A program made the translations under genes and the position numbers. The notes below the pieces were generated by a model that had not been told where the DNA came from, searched no databases, and saw only the letters and a list, made by a program, of their open reading frames with translations. Shown here piece after piece: positions 1 to 8,302 of a stretch of DNA of 63,236 nucleotides. Within the stretch, counting starts at the first letter, position 1, and each line of letters opens with the position of its first letter. Source of the DNA: a virus (lineage: Duplodnaviria; Caudoviricetes); the IMG/VR virus record IMGVR_UViG_3300043399_000170, positions 1 to 63,236 of that record. The stretch is one strand, 5' to 3'.

Positions 1-121
1 TCATTTCCCGAAACAGGGTCTGGACGAGCGGCCCTGCGTGGTTGGGAATGGCATAGCGGCCCATCACTTGCCCTCCAGTGGCTTCGCCATACGGTCCTGC
101 GGACCTTCTAGTGCGGCGCGG
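1..121. repeat. Terminal overlap of the contig, identical to 63042-63162; circular or circularly permuted genome
   Basis: TCATTTCCCGAAAC...GTGCGGCGCGG occurs at both ends. Confidence 0.95.
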
Positions 122-312
122 GCGGCGGCAGAGTGAACACACGCCTCGCACTCGCAACCATCAAGCACCGGATACATTGCGATCCGTTGCAGCGCCGCCC
201 GCAGCTTGGCGTTCTCTGCCCGCAACGCCTTAATCGTGTCCTTCGCCTTTTCCGCGCCCATCATGTAGGCAAGCGTCAGATCGCAGTCTTCGCCAAGCGG
301 GCAATCAGCCAT
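64..312 (-). CDS. Small accessory protein with coiled-coil AENAKLRAA module and Cys cluster
   Basis: Start re-placed at ATG 312 (MADCPL), overlapping the stop of the upstream gene, with AGGA-like RBS. Confidence 0.65.
   Translation of the reverse strand: MADCPLGEDCDLTLAYMMGAEKAKDTIKALRAENAKLRAALQRIAMYPVLDGCECEACVHSAAARAALEGPQDRMAKPLEGK
69..121. repeat. 53-bp direct repeat copy 1 (copy 2 at 809-861)
   Basis: TGCCCTCCAGTGGCTTCGCCATACGGTCCTGCGGACCTTCTAGTGCGGCGCGG; encodes RAALEGPQDRMAKPLEG on the minus strand. Confidence 0.95.
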
Positions 313-808
313 TGCCTTCCTCCTTCTCGCTGGTGAGTGCGGGCGGTGCGGGGAGCGGCATCCAGTGGGTGGGCAGTGAGAACTCATCGGCGTCCAAGTC
401 AAATGATGCAAATGACCACCGATCACCATCAAGATAACCCTCGGCCATCCAACCGAGACGATAAACCCCATCGGCCATCGTCCAATACGCAGCACCAATG
501 ATGGCCGTCCCATCACGCGGCGCGCTCTCAATCGGGAGCCACTGTTGCGCCGCCCGCAGCCGCTTGTTCTCCGCCAGCATTTCGCGCATATCGACGTCGG
601 TGCGCCTGACGTCAGTCAGAACCATTTCGTAGGCTTCACGCAGTTTGGCGTTCTCTTCGCGGAGGGCGGTGATTTCTTCCCGCTGCCTGAATACGACGCT
701 ATGCGCTAGAGCCACTGGTTGCACCCACTCGCCGGGGGCTTCCATTTGTTCCATGTCATCTGAAAGCCAGCGCAACCTGTCCAGAATGTCGCGGTTGTCA
801 CGCATCAC
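305..808 (-). CDS. Coiled-coil plus DUF551-like accessory protein
   Basis: WLPIESAPRDGT...PTHWMPLPAPP signature. Confidence 0.8.
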   Translation of the reverse strand: MMRDNRDILDRLRWLSDDMEQMEAPGEWVQPVALAHSVVFRQREEITALREENAKLREAYEMVLTDVRRTDVDMREMLAENKRLRAAQQWLPIESAPRDGTAIIGAAYWTMADGVYRLGWMAEGYLDGDRWSFASFDLDADEFSLPTHWMPLPAPPALTSEKEEGNG

Positions 809-1172
809 TGCCCTCCAGTGGCTTCGCCATACGGTCCTGCGGACCTTCTAGTGCGGCGCGGTTCACATCTGCAACTGCAAACGCAATGCGCTGACGTAGT
901 TCCTCCTCTGGCGTATTCTCATCGACAAACGGCGGCATGATCCATGAGATAGCCGCCCGCAGCTTGGCGTTCTCTGCCTTTAAGTGTGACAATTCATCGG
1001 ACAACTGTCCAGTATCTCCGAAGTTTTGTAACACCCCCTCTTGAACAGCCTTCTGCAACCTTCTGATCTCATCAGCCCCCTCGCGCATGCCAACCGACAA
1101 GTGCTGCGGCCCGTGCTGATCCTCAATCTGCTGAGCATACATGAGAAGCCAATATGCAACATCCCTACTCAT
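798..1172 (-). CDS. Accessory protein sharing AENAKLRAA and C-terminal modules with 64-312
   Basis: Coupled ORF containing both DNA repeat types. Confidence 0.75.
   Translation of the reverse strand: MSRDVAYWLLMYAQQIEDQHGPQHLSVGMREGADEIRRLQKAVQEGVLQNFGDTGQLSDELSHLKAENAKLRAAISWIMPPFVDENTPEEELRQRIAFAVADVNRAALEGPQDRMAKPLEGSDA
809..861. repeat. 53-bp direct repeat copy 2
   Basis: Identical to 69-121, offset 740 bp. Confidence 0.95.
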
Positions 1173-1293
1173 CGCGGATTGTTCTCCACAAGAACCAAAT
1201 TACAGCAAAGGCAGACACTAGCGTTATAGTTGCAAACCCCGCAACTGCAACTGATGCAAAGAACAGCATCAGGAAATCAAAAACCTTATCCAC
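1165..1293 (-). CDS. Small membrane protein (42 aa)
   Basis: GTG at 1293 after AAGGAGGT RBS; one long hydrophobic segment. Confidence 0.6.
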   Translation of the reverse strand: MDKVFDFLMLFFASVAVAGFATITLVSAFAVIWFLWRTIRDE

Positions 1294-1408
1294 GGCACAC
1301 CTCCTTGTTATGGGCAAAGAATAGCACTCTCGGAGGACAACGCAAGCAAAAAAATCAAAACCCCGGAAGATTTCTCCTCCGGGGTCCAAAATTCAGCTAT
1401 GCTGTGGA

Positions 1409-2482
1409 TTACTTGCTCTTACCAAGCCTCTGATTCGCCGCCAGATTCTTCCGGGCAAAGGTGCTGGTCAAAGGCTTTCCAGCCTTCCGCTCCGGCTTCT
1501 TGTCGGACTTAAACAGATCCATCAGGCTCTTCTTCGGGCGCATCTTGGCCTTGAGATACTCATCAGACCGGCCCCGGCGAGTCGCCAGAGCGAAGTCGCT
1601 GACCTTCTTCGGAGAGGCGACAGAAGCGCCACGCACAGCCTTGTCAGCCTTCTTACCAGCAATGCGAGACTTGTCAGAAGCAGGCTTTGCCTTCGGCTTA
1701 GGCGGAGTAGCACCACCACCAGAATAATAATCCCGCTCCTTGGAATCCTTACCAAGCTGGTAATTGCCCTTACGGCCATAGCCATAGCCCTGCACACCAG
1801 AGCCACCAAGAACGCCGCGCTCAGTTGTCGGCACATTCTTCGGAAGAACAGCCTCGCCCTTGCCGCGCTCAAATGTCTTGCCGCGATCCTTGACCGGCAG
1901 CGAAGCATAACCCTTGCCGCGCTTGAACGGTGCGTTCTCGGCGGTGTTGCCCTTCATAAGAGGGCCGCGATTCTTCTTGTCCGCGATCCATTCCTTCTCG
2001 CCCTTGTTAAGCTCTTCGGTCATACCGACAAGAGCGCCAACAGGACCAGACTGGCGAAGACCCATCCGGCTGATGATCCCCGGAATCTTACCGCCACCAC
2101 CGCCAGCCTTCGAATCATACTTGGTAACAGCAGTGGAACCGCCTTCAACCTTCGCCACAGCGCCGCCGGGCTTCTTGTACTCAGTAACCGGGCCACCCGG
2201 TTTCTTGTACTCGACAACATCGCGACGACCCTGCTTAGCCAGCGTGCCGAAGGGACCACGGGACTTCTTGGCGTCCTCCATGCGGCGACCAGCAAAGTTA
2301 CCAGCCTGACGCGGCGGCTTCTTAGGCTCCTTCGCAGGCGGTTCCTTCGGGGTCTTGGCCTGCTGAGCAGCCTTGCGGCGCATCTCATCAGCAAGCTTCT
2401 TAGTATCCTTCTGGGCTTCCTGCTTCTTCTTCAGCTTCTTGAGGAATTCGGGGTCGGATGTCATCGGCTTGGTTTCGGCCAT
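1409..2482 (-). CDS. Highly basic Lys/Gly-rich low-complexity protein
   Basis: Long ORF, likely start MAETKP at 2482; EYKKPGG and RGKG repeats. Confidence 0.7.
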   Translation of the reverse strand: MAETKPMTSDPEFLKKLKKKQEAQKDTKKLADEMRRKAAQQAKTPKEPPAKEPKKPPRQAGNFAGRRMEDAKKSRGPFGTLAKQGRRDVVEYKKPGGPVTEYKKPGGAVAKVEGGSTAVTKYDSKAGGGGGKIPGIISRMGLRQSGPVGALVGMTEELNKGEKEWIADKKNRGPLMKGNTAENAPFKRGKGYASLPVKDRGKTFERGKGEAVLPKNVPTTERGVLGGSGVQGYGYGRKGNYQLGKDSKERDYYSGGGATPPKPKAKPASDKSRIAGKKADKAVRGASVASPKKVSDFALATRRGRSDEYLKAKMRPKKSLMDLFKSDKKPERKAGKPLTSTFARKNLAANQRLGKSK

Positions 2483-2573
2483 TTCTTTTGCTTTCTCTGT
2501 TATTGGCCACGGCACACGCCGATTGACCGGGGATCTTTCCATTATTTTATCAAGGATGTGCCGGAAAATAAAA

Positions 2574-2735
2574 TGGCAGGCCGCGATCATTTTAAGGGGC
2601 TCTTCCAGACACTAACGGATACCATCCGTTCTAGTCTTCCCCACCTCGCAAAATCCGCTAACCACAGCGGTTGAGAGGCCGTGAACTCCCTTCGCGGCTA
2701 GGGCGCTTGGTGAGAACGCTTTCGCCTTGCTGCCA
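2574..2735 (-). ncRNA. Candidate multi-stem structured RNA
   Basis: Closing helix UGGCAG/CUGCCA followed by a U-run; internal hairpins GCCGCGAA/UUCACGGC, CCGCU/AGCGG, AACGGAU/AUCCGUU. Confidence 0.45.
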
Positions 2736-2738
2736 AAC

Positions 2739-2809
2739 GGTACGACGAGCCGGTCTCGAACCGACATCTCCCCTTCTTTGAGGGTCGCTTTACATTAAGC
2801 TACCGTCAC
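2739..2809 (-). tRNA. tRNA-like element with degenerate anticodon arm (identity undetermined)
   Basis: Acceptor GTGACGG/TCGTCGT, D arm GCTT-AATGTA-AAGC, T arm GTCGG-TTCGAGA-CCGGC; anticodon arm imperfect and lacking U33. Confidence 0.6.
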
Positions 2810-2813
2810 AAAC

Positions 2814-2914
2814 TGGCGATCCGTTAGCCACCCCGGAGTGGAACCCAGAGAACCGACCCCCATCTACGAAGCTATCTGTTCGCTATGGGACTTGCTATAC
2901 CGCCACGGATCAAC
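2814..2914 (-). ncRNA. Candidate structured RNA with T-arm-like hairpin and 3' CCA
   Basis: GAUCCGU/ACGGAUC closing stem then GCCA; CCCAU/AUGGG arm; CUGGG-UUCCACU-CCGGG. Confidence 0.45.
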
Positions 2915-2946
2915 GGACGGTCAAAGGTGCTAAAACACCTAAGTAA

Positions 2947-2976
2947 AGAATAACATAACTTAAATCAAACTGTCAA
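2947..2976 (-). promoter_or_regulatory. Putative sigma70 promoter driving the ncRNA cluster
   Basis: TTGACA-N18-TATTCT in AT-rich DNA. Confidence 0.5.
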
Positions 2977-3473
2977 CCACGCACATAAGTGCGGTAAAGC
3001 GGCAAAACGCAGACATTTGCTTCTAAAGTGAGCGGATCCACCTTATTTGACTTTGCTAGGTTTTCTTGTGCCGGAAGATATTGGAGATTTTCGATTACGT
3101 GAAGACCGCAGACGTTCCCGCCCCGAAGCGGGATGATGTGGTCCAAGTGATGGTCAGGAGGACAGCCATCTATGAACGAATTCAGGGAGGATTTGTCACT
3201 CCAAGATGGGGTTGCTCTACGAACCCGATCTCTTTTCGCAGTGTTTCTTCGTCTTTCCGAAATCTTCCCAGCAGGGGTTAGCCGATAATTCCGGGCATGA
3301 GCCCGCGCCGTTGTTAAGTACCCCTCCGTCCGGGCACAAGCAACGCACCCACCAGTCATATATCTGGCCGATACATGGCCGTGAATGCAGGGCTTGCTGG
3401 TGAAATACCGAGGCGACCCAGATTTAATCGCCTCAGCCCGCGTTTTAGGTAGGTCGCCGTAGTCCGCCGTCAA
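2973..3473 (-). CDS. HNH homing endonuclease
   Basis: ATPSW...HHLDHIIPLRGGNVCGLHVIENL...EN..KSNK; N-terminal Cys/His motif. Confidence 0.9.
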   Translation of the reverse strand: MTADYGDLPKTRAEAIKSGSPRYFTSKPCIHGHVSARYMTGGCVACARTEGYLTTARAHARNYRLTPAGKISERRRNTAKRDRVRRATPSWSDKSSLNSFIDGCPPDHHLDHIIPLRGGNVCGLHVIENLQYLPAQENLAKSNKVDPLTLEANVCVLPLYRTYVRG

Positions 3474-3479
3474 GTAAGA

Positions 3480-3770
3480 CCCATAGGTTTGCGAAAATTT
3501 TGCAAAAATTACGGGGCCTAATTTAGCACAAACAAAGCAATGAGTTAAGGGGGTTAAAGGCGAATAAATGGGGTCGGGGTTTTGAAAAATTTGATAATCG
3601 AGAGAGGTTAATCGTATGTATATATATGAGCCTCACGTTGCGGCCATACCGGGGGCTGCCGGTGGCGGTGGGTACCTCCAGACAAAACGAGAACAAACCG
3701 CGAACAAACAGGCAACGGGCGCTGCGCTGCTTCATTACCGCTTGCCCGGTAAGTTCAAATTAACAGGCAG
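3480..3770. other. Non-coding region downstream of TerS; candidate packaging site or genome end
   Basis: G-runs alternating with A/T tracts, TTTGC..GCAAA palindrome, TATATA run; position next to TerS. Confidence 0.35.
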
Positions 3771-3775
3771 GCAAC

Positions 3776-4294
3776 CTAGGCAGACTTGCTAAGTTGTTGT
3801 AATCTTTCAACTAATTCGGCCTCGATGCTCTTACTATCGGCGCTAACATTTTCAACGCGCACCTGTTCAGTGAGCATTCCGGCAGCTTTTGCGCCTAGAG
3901 ATAGCAGAGAGGCCTTAACTGCGGCTGGTGTCGACGGATCATCGATCAGTTGCCAAATGCGCCCCCATATCCGGTCCGAGTTCCGCTCCCGCCTCACGTC
4001 CTGTGCCATGCTGTGTTTCGCCGCTTTCTTCGCCAATTCCGCCGCAAGTATTGTTGCAATCTTTGGGCTAGCTGCAAGTTTCGATGCTTCGGCATAGATT
4101 GTGTTGGGCGTCATGTTCTCGGCGTCATAAGCCTGCCTGTAGGCATCGGCGTTAGACAGGCCTGCCAACAGCCCCTCCAGAAACTTTTGCTGCTTTTCAG
4201 TCAACCCATTGCCTGTAGCGCCCTTGCCGGACCGCTTCCCCTTCTTCCCCTTTCCTCCTTCGATCAATTCCAGTGTCGGCTTGTTCTCTTTCAT
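3776..4294 (-). CDS. terS: Terminase small subunit
   Basis: LTEKQQKF..GLSNADAYRQAY...ASKL HTH motif typical of TerS. Confidence 0.8.
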   Translation of the reverse strand: MKENKPTLELIEGGKGKKGKRSGKGATGNGLTEKQQKFLEGLLAGLSNADAYRQAYDAENMTPNTIYAEASKLAASPKIATILAAELAKKAAKHSMAQDVRRERNSDRIWGRIWQLIDDPSTPAAVKASLLSLGAKAAGMLTEQVRVENVSADSKSIEAELVERLQQLSKSA

Positions 4295-4448
4295 GGGCTT
4301 CTATGTCCTCAATCGCCGGACGGCTCTTTCCGGGGTTTCAAATTTTGCTTTCCCCTTATGGTATCGCATTTACTGGCATTTCCCCAATTTCCACCCCAGA
4401 TGCCGGCTGATATGCATTCATCGCATAGCACCTATGCGATAATGTTTG

Positions 4449-4477
4449 TTGCGTTAATTTCCCAGTCGCGTCATTCT
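4449..4477 (+). promoter_or_regulatory. Putative early promoter
   Basis: TTGCGT-N17-CATTCT upstream of AAGGAG RBS at the start of the plus-strand cluster. Confidence 0.4.
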
Positions 4478-4516
4478 TGGCCCATCGAAACAACGACAAC
4501 ACAAGGAGACGCCGAC

Positions 4517-4720
4517 ATGCTCATCTATCGCAAACTCAACAGGGAAAAGGTTATGGCCCGCAATCCTGAACTCATCGGCAATGTTGCTGGCATCCGGTTC
4601 TATGAGCACCCGGCATATGGCGATGAGTCGCCCCTGATCGCCGACACTGGCACGGAATTTGGGCTCACTGACTTTTGGGAATTACCCAGCATTGATGACC
4701 TATACGACATCGGAAAGTGA
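4517..4720 (+). CDS. Early hypothetical protein
   Basis: ATG after AAGGAG; FYEHPAYGDESPL. Confidence 0.75.
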   Translation: MLIYRKLNREKVMARNPELIGNVAGIRFYEHPAYGDESPLIADTGTEFGLTDFWELPSIDDLYDIGK

Positions 4721-4782
4721 TTGCGCTTATCAGGCGGGGCCGCTGGCCCCGCTCAATAAACGCAACCCAAGGAGAACGACAA

Positions 4783-5070
4783 ATGAACTACACATCAAAT
4801 CTTGGACTGATAGAGCTAAATATTCCCACCGAGGTTGTGGAGACTTGTTATCACGCCGGAAATTGTTCGGATGACATTGCATACATTCGGCGCACAAACG
4901 CGGATATAGAGAGACAATTGCAGTCTGTTAATCAACAGGTGCTGCGCGATGAACTGGCTGAATATGGCGCATGGGATGACGCCGAACTAGCAGATCGCGA
5001 CGCCAACCTCAATCGCCTGCTCTGGCTAGCGTGCGGAGAACTCGCGGATGAGCAGGCAAACGCTGATTAA
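4783..5070 (+). CDS. Early hypothetical protein
   Basis: ATG after AAGGAG; EYGAWDDAEL...RLLWLAC conserved-looking phage motif. Confidence 0.75.
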   Translation: MNYTSNLGLIELNIPTEVVETCYHAGNCSDDIAYIRRTNADIERQLQSVNQQVLRDELAEYGAWDDAELADRDANLNRLLWLACGELADEQANAD

Positions 5071-5085
5071 CGGAAGGAAAACGCC

Positions 5086-5811
5086 ATGATTATCTATTCC
5101 GGCCCAAGCCTTATCGACGGCAAACCGATTGTGGCAATCGCCACTCACAAGAGATCGAGGAACACGAAAACCGGGCCTATGGTGCAGACTTACATTATCC
5201 GCGCCGATATCTCGCCGCTCGATGCTTCAAAATCCGGGGAAGACTATTCAATCTGCGGTAACTGTATGCATCGCGGCACGCCCACAACTGACGCCGCACG
5301 TAAGCAAGCCGTAAAGCGCTCTTGCTATATCAACCTCGGGCAAGGCCCCACAATCGTCTATAAAGCCTATAAGCGCGGCATCTATCCCGCTGTTACAGGT
5401 CACGCGGCAATTGCCGCAATTGGACGGGGGCGCATGGTCAGACTCGGCACATATGGCGATCCCGCCGCCGTTCCGGCGTATATTTGGGAAAGCCTGCTTT
5501 CTGAGGCTGAGGGGCACACTGCCTATACCCATCAATCCGGCATAGCCACAGCACAAGCGCGGCCTGAATTTATGATGGTATCGGCTGATAATGAGCAACA
5601 GGCCCGCGTGCAATGGTCCAATGGCAATCGCACATTCCGCGTCATCAAATCGACTCATGAGATTGTACGCGGCGCTGAGATACTTTGCCCGGCCTCAAAA
5701 GAAGCGGGCTTCAAAACAACATGCAATGCATGCGGCCTGTGTGGCGGAAATAGCGTCAAGGCTAAATCAATTGCAATCGTGGATCACGGCCCGCAGCGCA
5801 AGCGGGCATAG
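5086..5811 (+). CDS. Cys-rich putative Fe-S (radical-SAM-like / gp88-like) phage protein
   Basis: NTKTG, CGNC..CY, RLGTYGDP, YTHQ and C-terminal CP..CxxCxxC. Confidence 0.65.
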   Translation: MIIYSGPSLIDGKPIVAIATHKRSRNTKTGPMVQTYIIRADISPLDASKSGEDYSICGNCMHRGTPTTDAARKQAVKRSCYINLGQGPTIVYKAYKRGIYPAVTGHAAIAAIGRGRMVRLGTYGDPAAVPAYIWESLLSEAEGHTAYTHQSGIATAQARPEFMMVSADNEQQARVQWSNGNRTFRVIKSTHEIVRGAEILCPASKEAGFKTTCNACGLCGGNSVKAKSIAIVDHGPQRKRA

Positions 5812-5826
5812 ATAAGGGGAAGGCAA

Positions 5827-6036
5827 ATGACAAAAAGTTATGACATTGAAAGAACAGAATGCGGATTAGATATCAGTGAAGCAAGTGAAGCCTTAGCAAA
5901 TGCGAGAAAATCAATTTCCGAACTAATGGCCTATCTGGAAACATCCAAGTTTCAAGGACCGGAAAACGATTACGTGCAAATCAGTACAGACATATTCCCC
6001 AAACTAAGAGAAATAAGAACAGGCCTAATGCGATAG
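5827..6036 (+). CDS. Hypothetical protein
   Basis: ORF with purine-rich RBS. Confidence 0.6.
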   Translation: MTKSYDIERTECGLDISEASEALANARKSISELMAYLETSKFQGPENDYVQISTDIFPKLREIRTGLMR

Positions 6037-6074
6037 GTGAGACAATGAGAAACGCAATCTTTTGAATATTTCTC

Positions 6075-6103
6075 TTGACTCGTTCGGAAATTAATGCGAC
6101 ATT
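6075..6103 (+). promoter_or_regulatory. Putative early promoter
   Basis: TTGACT-N17-GACATT in an intergenic gap. Confidence 0.45.
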
Positions 6104-6126
6104 AGACGCGATGAAGGGGGACGGCA

Positions 6127-6420
6127 ATGTTCAACGTAACGTTTGAGATTTACACAGACGAGAGCACAGAGCACGGTGAAGCTGAAAGTTCAGGCTTCGA
6201 ACTTGAAAACGTGACGCTGCGTGAAGCCTATGAATTCCTGCGCTGGAACGGTCACAATTGCGAGGCAAGTTGCAGCGATGTCGGGCAAGCGGGCTGGCTG
6301 ACGTTCTACAATGGGGCCAATTTTAGGACCGGGGAAACAATAAACTATGCACTGCATATGCCCGACAAACTAACGGCTTCAACCCGCAAGCGAATTGCCC
6401 GCATATTCAACGCCATCTAA
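6127..6420 (+). CDS. Hypothetical protein
   Basis: ORF with RBS in early cluster. Confidence 0.7.
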   Translation: MFNVTFEIYTDESTEHGEAESSGFELENVTLREAYEFLRWNGHNCEASCSDVGQAGWLTFYNGANFRTGETINYALHMPDKLTASTRKRIARIFNAI

Positions 6421-6433
6421 TGGGGGAGAAAAG

Positions 6434-6712
6434 ATGAATTCCGAATTGCACGTATCAAACAATAAAGTTGTCGCCTATGTGGGCAGTGACGCAACGCAAC
6501 TATTCCGCGTCAAGATGCTACGCGCTGCAATCTTGCTGCACGCAAAGACTGGCATGATGCCAACGCGAGGCGTCACAATTACCAAAATGTTCCGCATGGC
6601 AGAACAATACACTGGCCAGAAATACAAGCGCGGAGAACATGCGCGGGCAATTGCCGATCTTGAGGTCTGGATCAATACAATGCTCAGCGCTTTGCCTGTA
6701 GTCGAGGCATAA
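6434..6712 (+). CDS. Hypothetical protein
   Basis: Start re-placed at ATG 6434 after GGAG. Confidence 0.7.
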   Translation: MNSELHVSNNKVVAYVGSDATQLFRVKMLRAAILLHAKTGMMPTRGVTITKMFRMAEQYTGQKYKRGEHARAIADLEVWINTMLSALPVVEA

Positions 6713-6724
6713 GGAGACACGAAA

Positions 6725-7132
6725 ATGGCTTTCACATCATTGCGCGAAAAGATCAGTGCCGAGAAGGTAGAACGAGCGGCACGGTATCAGGAATTTGACC
6801 GCCTTTATCTTGAGGCATGGATGGCAGGGCGAGACGCGGCGCGGGCCTGTAGACCCCGGCCTATGGTAGTCACTACTGAGGAAGGCGATTGGCTCGATAT
6901 CGTGGATGACGGCATGTGTGGCTTCGGCTGGGTTAATGTGCCGGGTAACACAAGTTTTGGGCGGTGGCTAGTAAAGACTGGCAAGGCTCGTCCCGGCTAT
7001 CCTAAAGGCTTGGAGATATGGATCTCGGACTATGGTCAATCCTATGAGCGCAAGGCCGCCCATGCTGGGGCTATGGCTGACTATCTACGGGCTAAGGGTA
7101 TCGATTGTTATGCGGGTTCCAGACTGGATTAA
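6725..7132 (+). CDS. Conserved phage early protein
   Basis: G.CGFGWV...QSYERK...SRLD motif; AAGGAG RBS. Confidence 0.8.
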   Translation: MAFTSLREKISAEKVERAARYQEFDRLYLEAWMAGRDAARACRPRPMVVTTEEGDWLDIVDDGMCGFGWVNVPGNTSFGRWLVKTGKARPGYPKGLEIWISDYGQSYERKAAHAGAMADYLRAKGIDCYAGSRLD

Positions 7133-7192
7133 CCTCAGACGGCGGTCGCCTGTTCGGGGTTTTGAAATTAACGCAAGGTAAAGGATGGTAAC

Positions 7193-7441
7193 GTGGCAAA
7201 TTACAACGGGTGGACAAACTACGAAACTTGGTTGACCAATCTTTGGTTCCAAGATGTGTTCGAATCCTTTGCGGAGGAAGGACACGAAATCAGCTCCGAG
7301 ATATTAAGGGACTGGATGGAGTCATATCTCCAAGACGAAATTCGCAACCAATCAAGCTTCATCGCTGATTGTGTGAACAACACAGCTCGGGCGGTGGACT
7401 GGGATCAAATTGCAGACAATTACAAAATTAATGCAAGGTAA
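7193..7441 (+). CDS. Conserved phage early protein (YNGWTNYETW family)
   Basis: YNGWTNYETW..NLW and VDW..IA motifs. Confidence 0.8.
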   Translation: MANYNGWTNYETWLTNLWFQDVFESFAEEGHEISSEILRDWMESYLQDEIRNQSSFIADCVNNTARAVDWDQIADNYKINAR

Positions 7442-7446
7442 AGGAG

Positions 7447-7641
7447 ATGGCAGTGGAAAAGTACAATGTGAGGATGTGGTACACAGTGTCACGCATGAAG
7501 GATATCGTCATCAAAGCCAACAGCCTAGATGAGGCAGAGAAAATTGCATGGGAAACAGCGCAGGAAGAAGACACAAGCGACTGGGAAGAATGCGATGACG
7601 CCAACTTTGAGATAGATGTTTCCAAGAGCGGCACAAAGTAA
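7447..7641 (+). CDS. Small acidic hypothetical protein
   Basis: AAGGAG RBS; IKANSLDEAEKIA. Confidence 0.7.
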   Translation: MAVEKYNVRMWYTVSRMKDIVIKANSLDEAEKIAWETAQEEDTSDWEECDDANFEIDVSKSGTK

Positions 7642-7652
7642 AGGAGACGGCA

Positions 7653-7928
7653 ATGACCTTTCAATTCTATTCTGACCCCGGCCACGGATGGCTTCGGGTT
7701 GATATTCAAAGCGCCGCCAGTGTAGGGCTAGAGCCTTCCAGCTTCTCGCCCTACTCTTACCAGCAAGGGCATTGGCTATACCTCGAAGAAGATTGCGATG
7801 CATCGCTGTTCGTGCAAGCCTATATGGCAAAGCATAGCCGCACCCCGCCCATTAAGATGAACCACACCAACGGGCGTTCGTGCATCCGAAACTATGACCG
7901 CCTGCCAATGAAGGAGAAAGCAGCATGA
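7653..7928 (+). CDS. Conserved phage early protein
   Basis: DPGHGWLRV...SPYSY...YLEEDCDA motif. Confidence 0.8.
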   Translation: MTFQFYSDPGHGWLRVDIQSAASVGLEPSSFSPYSYQQGHWLYLEEDCDASLFVQAYMAKHSRTPPIKMNHTNGRSCIRNYDRLPMKEKAA

Positions 7929-8140
7929 CCCCGCGTGAATACTGGACCGCCTGTAGGCTGCACGATTGGCACTACATGTATAGCGATGACCCCGGCGTCT
8001 ATCGCGCCGGGAAAGAAAGCCTCGACAGGCTGCAATTGCTGGCACACAATGACCCCGCTTTGGCGAATATCTTTCGCCAATGGGAAGAGAACCAGATGAA
8101 CTGCGGCCCCGTGCCGCGTGAACCAAAACTGGAGGATTAA
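7925..8140 (+). CDS. Conserved small phage protein
   Basis: HDWHYMYSDD motif; ATGA coupling. Confidence 0.75.
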   Translation: MTPREYWTACRLHDWHYMYSDDPGVYRAGKESLDRLQLLAHNDPALANIFRQWEENQMNCGPVPREPKLED

Positions 8141-8302
8141 ATGCGCCGCAATGAACCATGCCCGCACCTAGAGCCTGACTACACCCGCCTCGAACAGGCC
8201 CATTACATCACGGTGGACCCGGAGACAGGCGAAATAAGCTGGCCCCCTACTGGCCTAGAAGAAGAACTAAAGCACCTTGGTCTAATTGAGGAAAAGATCT
8301 AG
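8141..8302 (+). CDS. Small hypothetical protein (53 aa; below ORF-track cutoff)
   Basis: ATG right after the previous stop, GGAGG RBS; VDPETGEI motif. Confidence 0.55.
   Translation: MRRNEPCPHLEPDYTRLEQAHYITVDPETGEISWPPTGLEEELKHLGLIEEKI

Noticed and set aside
1-121. Biological terminal direct repeat
   Set aside because: The overlap starts mid-gene and the end continues into a different internal copy, which fits assembly circularity broken at a polymorphic repeat
2739-2809. Calling the tRNA-like element a functional tRNA-Leu
   Set aside because: No register gives both a paired anticodon stem and U33, so identity is left open
3950-4516. N-terminal extension of the 256-aa plus-strand ORF
   Set aside because: Antisense to TerS; an RBS supports a start at 4517
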